Positions 34,271 through 53,230 of a stretch of DNA of 64,000 nt are shown here, one piece after another; position 1 is the stretch's first letter; each line of letters begins with the position of its first letter. The stretch lies in the NCBI RefSeq assembly GCF_000143415.4, contig NW_003314324.1, positions 943,379 to 1,007,378 on the forward strand, in the 5' to 3' direction. Under the pieces are notes generated by a model. It ran no database searches, was not told the origin of the DNA, and worked only from the letters and a program-made list of their open reading frames with translations. Made by a program: the position numbers and the translations under genes. This stretch comes from Selaginella moellendorffii. Lineage: Eukaryota; Plantae; Lycopodiophyta.

Positions 34271-34805
34271 AGCCGCCTTAGGTCTTCTCCAAAAGGGAGG
34301 AAAGGGAGGAGAGAGAAGAAAAAGGGAAATCTGGAGGGAATTGAGAGCTAGAGAGAGCGAGAATGAGACCCTTCCCCGCCGCGCACTGGAAACGCGCCGA
34401 AGAGCGAAACCCTAGGTTGGATCCGATGCGCCGGGCAGTAATACGCACCTCGATGGAACGGCCGCGCGGCGGGGAAGGCGTCAATCCGATCGGCGGGGGA
34501 GATTGGAGCGCGGCGCCAGTGGAACCGGCGGCGTAGCAGCAGCGAAGAACAAGAAGAGGGAGCGCGCAAACACGCAAGAGCGATCCACACGCACTGCCGG
34601 AGAAAAAGAATAAAATTATTAGGGCACTCTTGGTGACGTGGATGCCGTACGCTAAATGGGCAGTGCTTACTTCGCGAATCATTCAAGAAATGCAGGCGTG
34701 TTCTTTGGATCCACAGCAGCACGATTGGGACGTCCGCAAGCCCTAATTTGCAAACCCTAGATTTCAAAATCTTTTTTAAACTTCTGAGTTTGCGCGCGAA
34801 AGCTT

Positions 34806-36217
34806 TCACTTCGTCTGGAAGATGTTTTGGATCATCTTCTGGGGAGAATTCGCTGCTGCTGCTTCGATCTGGGCGATTTCGTCGCTGGAGAGCCGCCAGC
34901 CAAGCGCGCCCAGGTTCTCTCGTGCTTGATCCAGGGTCTTGACTCCGGGGATTGGGATCGTTCCCTTGCAAATGCACCAGTTGATTGCTACCTTTTGGAC
35001 GAACGCAAAAGGCAGAAGAAAGATCTCAGCAGTGGAATCGAATTTGATTACCTGTGACATTGTCTTCTTCCTTTTTCTCGCGATCTCTTCCAGGGCGTCC
35101 AGCAGCGGTGTAATTCCCGGCAAAACTCGAGAGAAGAGCAATCCCCTACGCGTACGTGTTAACGTAATGGTGGATCAAAAGAGAATTTTTCTGATACCGC
35201 GGTCCCTGTGGAAGGCTGGTTGACGACGCTTGGTATTTTCCCGTGAGCATTCCAAGTCCTAAAGGACTGTAAGCAATGACTTTGATTCCCAAGTCATCGC
35301 ACACGGATTTAACCTCCATTTGATCGGTCCCCATGCTTAGAAGAGAGAATTGGACCTGAAAATCAAACAAGAAGTTACAAAGAAGAAAGGACTATCTAGA
35401 CCTGGGCAGAGCTTAGAGGAACTCCTTGCTTTTCCAAATACTTGTGGATTTTTACCAGTTGCTTCGGTCCATAGTTACTTACACCCACGGCCTTCACAAG
35501 TCCCTGGCAGTAATTTTATCATGTTTTGCTCTTACCGTCGTAGCAAACTAACTTGGAGCATACCTCCTTGTAAATTTCCGCAAGGCCGGACCACAGTGCT
35601 TGTTCTTGGAATGGAGCATAATTTGCAGCTGACCAATGCAGCTGACCAATTCCAAGCTGTTCCATTTGTAATCTTCGCAAAGATCCTCTGAAAACCAAAG
35701 AAAACAGACTTCCAAAATCACGTAAGAAGGAGAAAACTTACTTGCAAGCTTGAACCATTTGCCATGGTGTAACTCGCCATGGATAAGCCGCAAACTTGGT
35801 GGCAATCACAATATCTTTTTGAGTGCCTGGGAAAAACAGAGTTTCATTGAGAGAAGCGCAAATGTGGATTAAGATCTTAAACCTTGTTGGAACTCTCGGA
35901 TAAATTTGCCCAGAAGAATCTCGCTTCGCCCATTCAGTTTTCCTGTGCCATACGAATCCGCTGTGTCAAAGAAATTAACACCTTTGGAAGTTGCAAAGTT
36001 GAAGAGCTGCTGAAGCTCGTTGTCCATGGAGGGATTGTATCCCCACAGCAGTGTGTTACCCCATGCCCAAGTTCCCAATCCCATTGGAGAGACCTTTACA
36101 GGGCCAAGCTTCACCTTTGCCATAGAGAATCTCAGAATGGATTGATTTCTGGAATAATCTTCCAGTTACCTTGTCCCATGGCCAAAGTGCTGGCATGAAC
36201 GGTAGTAGTGAAGACAT
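34806..36217 (-). CDS. PLR1: Pyridoxal reductase (aldo-keto reductase), multi-exon
   Basis: [65 protein letters not shown] and C-terminal MIQNIFQTK. Confidence 0.87.
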
Positions 36218-36362
36218 AGATTCTCGAGGGAAGAAGCTGTGAAATAAAAAAGACTTTAAAAGCTGCTTGGATAATTTAAAGGTTCTGTGAAACAAAGGTT
36301 ATATATCCAAATCTTGTTGTGCAGAATGAGATTTATTTTCTCAAAATTGTGTGTGCAAAGCC

Positions 36363-37247
36363 TTAATGAGACTTTGAAAAAGAATAATTAGTTCGTATTG
36401 TACAAAATTTGGTGTGCCAACACCTGAATAAAGAAGCCATAAGATGGATTTTATTCAGGAAAAAAACACTGGCATCCTTCACCCGTTCAACGCCCCTCAC
36501 TCTCGCACCGTTGGTAAACTTCCGCTTGCAGACGGAACATCTCAGGCGCTGTTGGTCATGCTCCTTGTTGTTAAAGTAATCAAATCTAGTCTCCTGGCCG
36601 CAAAATATACACGGAACTAGCTTTTCAGTGCCTTGCTTAAACGCCATTGATCTCTTTCTCTTCAGGCTTTTCTCCAAACCGGGCTTGCCCAGCCCAAGCG
36701 GCACCCTACAGTCACTCAAAATCTGAGCTTCACGAGGCCTTGGATTAAAAAATCTTGAGCTTTCAAGTGGCACAAAATCATGTAAAACTGCACTGGAAGA
36801 TGAAGATATGTGCATAAAATCATGTAAAACTGGCTGTGAAGTTGAAGATGTTATGTTCTTCCTGTGCATGCTTGAAACCTCCAAATCAGGCAGTGCCCTT
36901 AGTTGGCTGTTCATGTTTGATATAAGAGCAAAACGATCCTCTTCATCCATTGTAGTAGCACCACCACCACTAGAACTTCCTTCTGTTTCATCTGATGACA
37001 ATAACGACGACTCCGGCGAGCCCCCAGATCCAGCAATGGCCTCCGGTTTAGCATCAAATCCCCCAGCTTCATCTATACCTAGCGCTTCATCGCGAGTTAC
37101 GTTTCCTGTGATTATAGTTTTCACAATTATTGAATCCGTCTCCCTCCCCCTCAAAGATGTAATATGTTTGTGACAACTTTCGAGCGATGGGTGCCAGGTT
37201 TCCGTGAGAAGAATCACACCTCTGGCACCCCGATCATCTGGCCGCAT
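36363..37247 (-). CDS. Atypical Dof-like C2C2 zinc-finger protein A (ends uncertain)
   Basis: 294-aa ORF with CIFCGQETRFDYFNNKEHDQQRLRCSVCKRKFTNGARVR, preceded by a basic KRKR. Confidence 0.6.
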   Translation of the reverse strand: MRPDDRGARGVILLTETWHPSLESCHKHITSLRGRETDSIIVKTIITGNVTRDEALGIDEAGGFDAKPEAIAGSGGSPESSLLSSDETEGSSSGGGATTMDEEDRFALISNMNSQLRALPDLEVSSMHRKNITSSTSQPVLHDFMHISSSSSAVLHDFVPLESSRFFNPRPREAQILSDCRVPLGLGKPGLEKSLKRKRSMAFKQGTEKLVPCIFCGQETRFDYFNNKEHDQQRLRCSVCKRKFTNGARVRGVERVKDASVFFLNKIHLMASLFRCWHTKFCTIRTNYSFSKSH

Positions 37248-37556
37248 CTCATCACCTATATAAACTTTTTGGAAACTTTTTGAGTGTAACTAGAAACCTT
37301 GGATTCATAAGGTCCTAATTATAGTGAAAAAAAGAAAGGAAATATAAGGCCATAAAACCTTTAGGCCAAAACCCAAAACCCTGAATTTTGTGTGTGTTTG
37401 TTCTTGTTCGTGTTCTTCCGCTGCTTCGCCACTTTTTTTCGTCTTCCCCAAACCAGGTTTTGCTCTTGCAATCTCCATCACTCTAGTGAAACATAGCTGC
37501 TGCTCGATGCCCAGCCACCGGAACCAAAGCACCCCAACACAAAGGATCCCGCTTGT

Positions 37557-38189
37557 CTACTCGTCGACGACGTTGACAAGCTCGTACTCCACAGCGGATA
37601 GATTGTTGTCTTCCTTGACTGTGAAACTCTCGTCGGCTGCTGGCTCCACCCTTCCCCATTTGTCCACCGCCAAGCGCATGGACCCCTTGAACATGTCGAT
37701 CTTGGCGTTTCGCAGGTTTACTGTCACTCCTGGCTTCATTAGATCCACTGCAAAAAAAACGAGAGAGAAACAAGGAGTTAGATCCAATCCAAAGAACTTG
37801 CAAACAGATGTAAGAACGAGACGATCCAAAGAACTTGTAAGAACGAAACTATTCACAGAACTTGTAAGAATGAAACCATCGCACAAGAGCTAGATCCAAT
37901 CCAAAGAACTTGAGCCAAGCAAGAAAACCAAGCACTAGCGAAGCAACTCGAAGCTGAAAGAACGAGTGAAAATACCTTGTTCGTTCCTGGCAGTGAAGAT
38001 GATCACTCCAGTATCATCACCGACGACACACTCCGCGATTCGGACCTGGCGAACGTTTTGGCCGTCGGGTCTCGCTTTCCTGAGCACCATTTTGGACGAG
38101 ACCACCTTGACGACGAGCGTGTGCCCGGTGGTGCCCGGGCGGAGCTGGTCGACCTTGATAAACACGGGCTTTCGCAAGGAAGCGGCCAT
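37557..38189 (-). CDS. Small OB-fold nucleic-acid-binding protein (At4g28440-like; 2 exons)
   Basis: LRKPVF.KVDQLRPGT.GHTL, GDDTG.I.FTARNEQ, LRNAKIDMFKGSMRLAVDKWG and NNLS..EYELV. Confidence 0.9.
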
Positions 38190-39059
38190 CTACACACTCG
38201 CAAACACCACACTCGAGAGCAAAATTTCGCAAAGAACGGCGAATGCGGCGCTCAATCCTGGGGATCGCAGCGAATTTACCTGGACAGCGCCAAGAGATGG
38301 ATCGATCACCGAGCGAGCGCCACGGACGAAGAAACCCTAACGCGCAAAATTTCCCTCTCGTGCGTGCCCTAGACGAAGCTTCGAAATGGATTATAAAAAG
38401 TAAAATCGGGGCCGTTAACTCCTTTTGATTTACCTCTGACAAGGGTGATAAAGGCCGTCCGAATATTCTAATCGCATAATTTTGTCATTTTCCCAGAGAG
38501 GTAGTGACGCATCAACATCGAAATCTTCTCTCCGTTTGGTAACAGGTACGTGTCCTTCTCTCTGGCGGCCTGCCAATTCTATTCACTCCAAGAACCCTAA
38601 AAATCTCTGGCCCCGTTGGGATGGTGGGAGAGGGGAGGTTTTCACGGTAGCTCGCAATGCCACCAGCAGCGAGGGGGGTCCACATGGAATTCGGGTAGAG
38701 ATGCTCCCATCGATCGATCGATCGGCATAAACAAAATGGAATGGAAGGTTGCTCGCTGTCTACTTCAAGAAGGTTAGGTTCTTGCTCGCCTCGCCCAGGG
38801 ATATTTCTTGCCTTGAGCGCGCAGATTTCCAGCGAGCAGCGCAGCGCCAGCGCCAGAGAGCCAATGCCGGCAGATTCTTAGCTTGCAAGGCCTCCTTGCG
38901 AGAGATTTCGGTCGATTCCAGGCGCCGGTAAGTGAATTGGCAGGGATTTCGGTTGTTCTTGGCGATATTTCGAGCGGATCTCACGATCTTTGGCAGCTGT
39001 CGGCGAGATTTGGGACCTGGAACACCGGCATCGAGAGAATCCCGCGATAATCCACCTCA

Positions 39060-40004
39060 ATGGCTCTGTTCCCGTCGCCAAATCCCAAGAACAAGCCGTC
39101 CTGGAAGCTCCTCCCGATTCTCATCCTCGTCGTCTTCTCCCTCGCCTTCTTACTCTTCCGCGACGCTAGCAATCCCTCGCAATCCCTCGCATCTTCTTCT
39201 TCTTCTTCTTCCTCCTCCTCTCCCTCCTCGCAGATCGTCCTCGTCCCCGTGAAGAACACAATCTCGGTCCCAATGACGGTGGAGCACCTCCCGCACGATC
39301 TCATGACCGCGCTCGTCCACTACGCCTCCACCGACACTACGCCACAGCAGACCCGCGAGGAGATCCTCATGACCGCCAAGGTCCTCGCCAGCCGCGGCCC
39401 CTGCAACTTCCTCGTCTTCGGGCTTGGCCACGATAGCCTCCTCTGGAAGATGCTCAACTACGCCGGAAGAACGGCGTTCCTGGAGGAGTCCGAGGATTGG
39501 ATCCGGCAGATCAGCGAGAAACATCCGGAGCTAGAGACCCATATCGTGGAATACAGCACAGTTCTCACCGAGGCCGATCAGCTGCTAGAACACGCTCGAT
39601 CCAATCGAAAGGGGAAGTGTACTGCCGTCCAGAATTTGCTACTCTCCGAGTGTAAGCTCGCGCTCAATGGGCTGGCGGACGAGCTCTTCCAGGTGGAGTG
39701 GGATGTGATCATGGTGGACGCGCCGCGCGGGTATTTCCCCGGCGCGCCCGGGAGGATGGCGGCGATCTTCAGCGCGGCCGTGATGGCGCGGAGCCGCAAG
39801 ACTGGGAATGGGACGGATGTGTTCGTGCACGATGTGGAGCGCCCCGTGGAGCGCAGCTACTCGGAGGAGTTTTTGTGCCGGGAGAATTTGGTGGAGGAAT
39901 CGGTGACGAGCCATCTGTGGCATTTTAGGGTTCTTCCCAGCCCCGTGGGCAGGCACGAGTTTTGCGTCGCATCGTCTTCCTCGGGGGGATCTCCCGCCAA
40001 TTGA
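39060..40004 (+). CDS. Glucuronoxylan 4-O-methyltransferase-like (DUF579, GXM/IRX15 family)
   Basis: Type II TM helix, PCNFLVFGLGHDSL.W, WDVIMVDAP.GY...APGRM.AIF and DVFVHDV; intronless. Confidence 0.92.
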   Translation: MALFPSPNPKNKPSWKLLPILILVVFSLAFLLFRDASNPSQSLASSSSSSSSSSPSSQIVLVPVKNTISVPMTVEHLPHDLMTALVHYASTDTTPQQTREEILMTAKVLASRGPCNFLVFGLGHDSLLWKMLNYAGRTAFLEESEDWIRQISEKHPELETHIVEYSTVLTEADQLLEHARSNRKGKCTAVQNLLLSECKLALNGLADELFQVEWDVIMVDAPRGYFPGAPGRMAAIFSAAVMARSRKTGNGTDVFVHDVERPVERSYSEEFLCRENLVEESVTSHLWHFRVLPSPVGRHEFCVASSSSGGSPAN

Positions 40005-40205
40005 GCTCGTGTGATCTTTCCTCCTTTCTAGAGAAATTTAGGGTTCTTCCAAAGGGCATTTCTCGATGCTATGATTTGTCGCATTTTTTTTATCAATCGT
40101 GTTTGCGCGCGTCTTCTCGACGAGAGAGCTAGATCTTCCTAGGACGAATCTTTCTTAAAGATACCTTCTTCCCCTAGGACAATATTTTAGGGTTCTAGCG
40201 CGGCA

Positions 40206-44359
<4,154 letters not shown>

Positions 44360-44430
44360 AGCAAGGTTCGCTTTGTTCTGTAAACTAGATTTGTTTCTGA
44401 CTCAATGTTTAGGGGTTTGCAGCTTCCACA

Positions 44431-45271
44431 ATGGCAGCAGCATGTCCTTGCGCTTCCGTCTCCCGGCCTGGAATGCTCTCGAGCATGGGTTTTCTCAGAA
44501 ATCAATGCTATCAGCTCCAGAAGAGAGTGGCATTTCCCGCAAGAAGCTGGACACGCAGATTGGCTACTGTCGCATATATGGAGAATTCGAGCAGCAACCC
44601 AGTCGCCAAGCTCGTTAGTTCACTCCCTATCGTGGGTCTGTTCATGAGGATACTCAGTGACGAAGGTGGAATAGGAGGTGATAGAGTGGATTTTCCGGAC
44701 TTTTACACAAGGGTGCAGAAGAGATGTCCGGAGGACGCGTCAGGAGCGTTCGCTCGTTTTGTAGAGCGCCACGGCAAGGTAGATTTCTACTTCGCAACTA
44801 AGAACTCATTTTTTTCCCTTTCTTCTTCCAGGTAGCGAAGCCAATGTTCGTGCTTGTTTGGTGCTGGGTAGCGGCAGTCGGCGCTGGTCTCCTTAAAAGT
44901 GAGGACATTGCAATGGCGGCTTCTCGTCTCAGAGTTTCTTACGACGTCCAGTACGAGGTCGACTGCTTTGGCCTTCTTATGGACGAAGCTCTACAGGTTC
45001 GGGAGCATCTCTGTCTTCACAGTTTCGTAATCTTACGCAGCTTGTTTTCGTTTAGAAACGAAGAAAGTCTAATTCACCAGTTCCGGACGTGCCAATGATC
45101 ACACGGATCGATAAAGCTCTAGACGGGATTTGTGCGTGCTCCATCGGGACAAAAAAAATCTCCAAGGAGGACGCTGAGCTGCTCTCCAAGATGATGTCGG
45201 CAGTCTTTCCGGGAGTCCCAGCACGCGAGATTGATGAGCTCGTCGAAGCTCGAGTCTCCAGTGCAAGCTGA
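44431..45271 (+). CDS. PSA3: Photosystem I assembly factor PSA3-like (3 exons)
   Basis: Transit peptide, then AYME, LPIVGL..RILSDEGG.GGD..DF, CW.AAVGAGLLKSE and RLR.S.D. Confidence 0.8.
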
Positions 45272-45790
45272 GCGAACAAAACTAGAGGTACTTTTGATTT
45301 TTACACTATTAAAATTTTTTTTGCTCTCACAGCACAGTTTGAGATCTCCGCTACTCACTTAATCCTTGATGTGTTTACTTTCTCTAAGGATTTTCTTGGG
45401 AACTAAGAGATGTTTCTACGATTTTACTTTGAGAGTTTAGTCTTGCAAAGCTGAGAGATTGAAGATCCTTTGCTTCTCAAGCGTTGTTTGGCTTTCCAGG
45501 TCTCTCAGCTTTGACGAGAAAACTGTCATGTTTCTACCTTGCGATTTCGTCGCTAAACAGGTTCGCAAAGCTTTCCTCGTTTTCTTTGCTTAAAGGTCAC
45601 GCCATTCCTCTACAGGGAAATGCCATGCTTTATACAAACGTCCTCTTCTACAAGAGCCTTCTTCTCCAAGACCAACGGCGAAAGCCAAGAACCACCGAGA
45701 AGGAAGTTGGAAAGCTAGCGAAAAACCAAGAACCACCGAGAAAGGGGAAAAAATGGAAAAGGTAAATTTACACATTGCATTGATCGAAGC

Positions 45791-46348
45791 TCACGACTTT
45801 GGATCCATGGCGTGGAGCTTGGCCAGCCTCTTGCGCTCCTCCCCGCGCAGCTTGGCGCCGGGAGTGAACTTCCTCTTGCACCTCAAGCAGCGCCGCCGCG
45901 GTTGATCGTGCCGGTGGTTGTTAAAGTAGTCGAATCGCGTCGCGGATCCACAAAAGATGCATGCCACCGCTGCCGGATCATCCCTGCGCCTCAAATCGCT
46001 GGCCGGAGGAGGAGGAGGAGGAAGAGGAGGGCGAGACAAATCCTCCGCGCTCGCTGGAGAAGTCACTGCGCTGCTCGATCCCAGAGGCGCTCCGGCAAAC
46101 CCCAGCGTGAGCCATGGTTTCTTGCCGCCAAGGTCGGGAGCGCCAGTGTCTCGAGACGAGGACGACGATGACGACCTCTCGCAGCTCGCGCTCGCGCTCG
46201 CGCTCGTCGATGGGCTCCTGCAGAGCGCGAGGCCCAGATCGAGCTCCTCCCCCGGACGATCCTTGTGATCTTGGGCGATCAAAGTCGCGATTTGGAGCTC
46301 TAGCTTGCGGAGGAGAGTGGTGTCCTGGTGGCGGCGATGATCATCCAT
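45791..46348 (-). CDS. Atypical Dof-like C2C2 zinc-finger protein B with EAR-like motif
   Basis: ATG at 46348 and TATA CTATATAAA (minus) near 46410. Contains LDLGLAL and C-terminal CIFCGSATRFDYFNNHRHDQPRRRCLRCKRKFTPGAKLR. Confidence 0.72.
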   Translation of the reverse strand: MDDHRRHQDTTLLRKLELQIATLIAQDHKDRPGEELDLGLALCRSPSTSASASASCERSSSSSSSRDTGAPDLGGKKPWLTLGFAGAPLGSSSAVTSPASAEDLSRPPLPPPPPPASDLRRRDDPAAVACIFCGSATRFDYFNNHRHDQPRRRCLRCKRKFTPGAKLRGEERKRLAKLHAMDPKS

Positions 46349-46402
46349 GGAAGAGAAGAAGAGAGGAAAAGGAAGAGAAAAAAGCAATGCATTACTTTAG
46401 CT

Positions 46403-46586
46403 TTAGGGTTTATATAGAGCCACCGACAATAAAAGGGAACTGACGTGTCTAGAAAGATTTATATGAGAGCTAATTTTTACTATGGAATTAAAGTCGTTAT
46501 GTGACTAGGATTTAGGGTTAATGTAACTCTTAAAGTAAAGTAGTTTAGGGTTAGGGTTTATAGCCTTTTAAAGCCCTGGTTTAGGG
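46403..46586. promoter_or_regulatory. Telo-box cluster in the ~250-bp divergent promoter of Dof-like B and TRM4
   Basis: TTTAGGGTT at 46403 and 46511, TTTAGGGTTAGGGTTT at 46544-46559, TTTAGGG at 46580. Confidence 0.65.
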
Positions 46587-46597
46587 CTTTAGCGGGA

Positions 46598-49797
<3,200 letters not shown>

Positions 49798-50385
49798 CAA
49801 AAATTTCATGACACACACACACACACATGCTAGACTTGTTTTGGATCTTTGTGTTGATTAAACACACGAAACTATGATGTTTTGGACTGGAGCCCTTGAC
49901 TCTGACTACGAGCATGACAGTGGAAGTTACATTTTTAAATGGCAAAGCACACGAGAGAAGATTAAAGAAAATGGCCAGTGGGACTGACTGGAAGAACATG
50001 CATCTCATCAGAGATAGAAAGTTACACCTCAATTTAAAATTTATTTATTTTTACACAAACATTAAACAGTAACATAATGTGGGATGATATCTTTTGATGG
50101 GCAGACAACACAAAACTTGCAATAAATTAAAAGAATCCTCCACTACACAGAGAGGTGGCATGGTATCCATCCAAACCGAGGATCTCCTGTGCAAATCCTA
50201 CAGGCTCAAACGATACCTTACGCTCTCACTCTCTCCAGGCTCCCAAATTTTTACACTAGACCTCTACACTACACTCACCAACAAAGCAAGAAATAAAGAA
50301 AGAAAGAGAGAGAAGGAGAGATAGGTAACTTACATCCTCCCTTTGAAGAAGAAGAAAGCTCGAGTGTGTGTGGCTCCCCAAAAAT

Positions 50386-53230
50386 TTACACGCTGCTTCC
50401 AGGTGCGGTGGTGCGGTAACTGGCGACTCTGATCTTGGCCCGCTCACCGCTCGCCGCATTTATGTACACGAAAACGAAGCTCTCGAGCGGATTCAAGGAG
50501 CTCCGCCAGTGAGGGAAGGTGAATGATCCCTCGCCCGCGTCGCTGCTGCTGCTGCTGCTAGTGCTGCTAGTGCTCCTGCTAGTGCTGCTGCTGCTACTGG
50601 ATGTACGCGTCAATCCCCAATACTGGCCCTCTTGAAGCCGATTGATTTGGAGAACGATGGCTTTTACTGTCCGCCTCCTCGATGTGTTCTTCACTGTCAC
50701 CTCGTACTTGTACTGGACCTGGCCTTCCAAAGTCCACGAGCCCACCAGCCTTTGCCGGATGGACAGCACTGATTTCACGCCACCTTTTAGTGGAGAAAAG
50801 CAAACGCACGGAGTAAGTATACGATGTTAAAAGAGAGTGGACTCTCTTTACGAACAGAAGCTTACGTGGTATCGTCTTTAAAGCCGTTCTTACTGCTCCC
50901 ACCAACGACGTCTTTGAGGCCTTGAGCTCTGCGAAACCAAAGAGAAAATGTAAGTTCTCGAGCACTCACTCACTCTAGCCGTAAGAAAGAGAGATAGATT
51001 CCTGCCTGGGAGTTTGGATTGCTGGTAGCGGTGGTCTTGTAGCAATCTGGCCAGGATGCCGATAAGCGGCCCAGTGTTATACGTCGCGGGCTCGGTCTGC
51101 TCGAAGTTGTATCTCTCGTCGGCGAAGTTATCGTACAGGTCGGGGCCGCCAACGAGCGCGCCAATGAGGACGTTTGGGTCGCTCATCTTGCGCAGATACC
51201 AGCTGCTGTAGCCGCCCCGGCAGCTGACAAAGGCATTGTCGACTTTGATGGACACGATGGACGATGCCCGGTGGTGGACCTGGCGGGGATAGTTCTGACC
51301 GAAACCGATGAGGTAGCTCGTTGCTCTTGGATTGTCTCCCAGGATGTAGTCCACCTGGGGCAGCATATAACAGACTCGCATTAAAAACTTGGTCGAGGGG
51401 TTCTTCAAGAAGGGAATTGGACTAACCTGGGACTTTGCGAGTGCTAGAAGCTCACTGGAGTCGGAGCTCTGCCTGGGGCATTGCAGTTGCTGGGGTGACG
51501 ACGCGAGGTAGTCAGAGTACACAGTTAACAAGAAAGATGCAGTTACAACGTACTGCATGTTGTTCCAAGATCTCACGTACATCAATCCGCCTGAGAGAGA
51601 CAAAGAAATTAAAGAGCAATGGTCAGTCAGAGCCAGAGGGTGTACAAACTTGGAAGAAAAAAAACATGGGTCCAAAAAAAAGAAAAAAAAAAACGAAGAA
51701 AACCTCACCAGGCGTTCTTGGCAGGTGAAAGCCGTTATTTTTCTGAAGAGCAGCACAAAGGAAGAATTGTGCCTTGGATTGAAACAGCTCCAGCGTTGGA
51801 ATGTGTCGTGGAGAAGCTCGTCCTTGCATGAGAATCTGCAGCTCATGAATAAGCCATGTTCAATAGCCAGTTAAAAAATGCTACCTTCGATGCAAGAACT
51901 TGAACTCCTGGATACTTCACGTCCCAGGAGAACTCCATAAGCCCCCAGATTGTGCCCCCCAACGCTCCGCCGTTATCGACAGCGTAATCGAGATACTGTT
52001 CATCCCCAGTCGCTTCGTAAAGCCACAGGGACGCCCACAGAAGTTCATCCTGGAAAAGACCAGTTACCAGAATATCTCAGTCACCAGCTGTTACTGAGAC
52101 GTGAAGAGCTTACCGCATAGCCACTCTTGGAAGTGTAAAAATTTTGCGCGAGGCGGATGCTGCTGTCGTACTTCCCGCGATACTTGTCCGCGAATTCAAA
52201 CAGCTGGTAAGACACCAAAATCGAAGGAACAGGGAAGTGAGTACCGAGTATACAAAGAAAGCGCGAAACAGGAACAAAACAATGAAATGCCAGCCATGGG
52301 TGATAAGCGCTCCAGACCGACGAAAAGACAAGAATGACGAAAACAGAGGCGAAAACGAGGAGATACCAGCAAGGGGATATAGAGAGGTGACCTGTTTGGA
52401 ATGTTCTACGAGCAGATCTGAGTAAGCCGGGTCAGAGCTACGCAACGCGATAGATGCCGCGGCCATTGCTGCGGCCGTTTCGCCCGCAAGATCGGATCCA
52501 GGGTTGCTGGTGTCGATCTTGTAAGCACGGCGCGAAGTGGTCATGTCTTCTGGCCGCTGCCAGCAACCATGGTCGTTCAGGCCATCGCCCACCTACAAAA
52601 TCGAGAACTTTGGGTAAGAACACGAATCCACATTCACCAAAGAAAAGCGATTAAAGTGAAAGATTTTAAGAATGTGAGCTCTAAAAATCTTAGCTACTGG
52701 CTAGTCTTTGAAAGAGAGGGGTTCTATACCTGGCCCCACAGCTCGAATGGCGCAGTGTGAGCTTTGAGGAAGTAATCGGTGCCCCATTTGATGGCTTCTT
52801 TCGCGAATCCCATCTGCCCGGCGCCATCGATCTGCTTGCCATACTCGATGGCGCTCCAAGACAGCATTGTGATCGTGAAGGCCATTGGGAGGCCAAACTT
52901 GACATTGTCGCCGGCGTCGTAGTAGCCGCCGACTAGATCAACCTGGGCAAAGAAAGAAAGAACGAGGGGTGTGAGAAACCCGGGCAAAATATTTCGACGA
53001 TCGAGCAAGAAAGAAGCGCTTACGCCCTGGGATTTGCCGTCGTCGAGCGCCGAATCCCCCCGCCAAGACGCCCGCTGGCTCGGCGGCAGCCTCCCGGATC
53101 GCTGCGCCTCGTAATACAAGAACGTCTTGCCCAGCGCATCCGAGTAATCGAACGCCAGCGCCGATTCGAGCAATGCAGCTACCAGAACCGCGCCCAGGCA
53201 CGCGCAAATCGATGCATTCCTCCTCGACAT
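50386..53230 (-). CDS. GH9 endo-1,4-beta-glucanase, class C (C-terminal CBM49), multi-exon
   Basis: Signal peptide, [41 protein letters not shown]...EQTEPAT, and a CBM49-like last exon. Confidence 0.93.

Noticed and set aside
50540-50600. (GCT)n/GCTAGT microsatellite in the last GH9C exon
   Set aside because: An in-frame Ser/Thr low-complexity loop; ordinary coding microsatellite.
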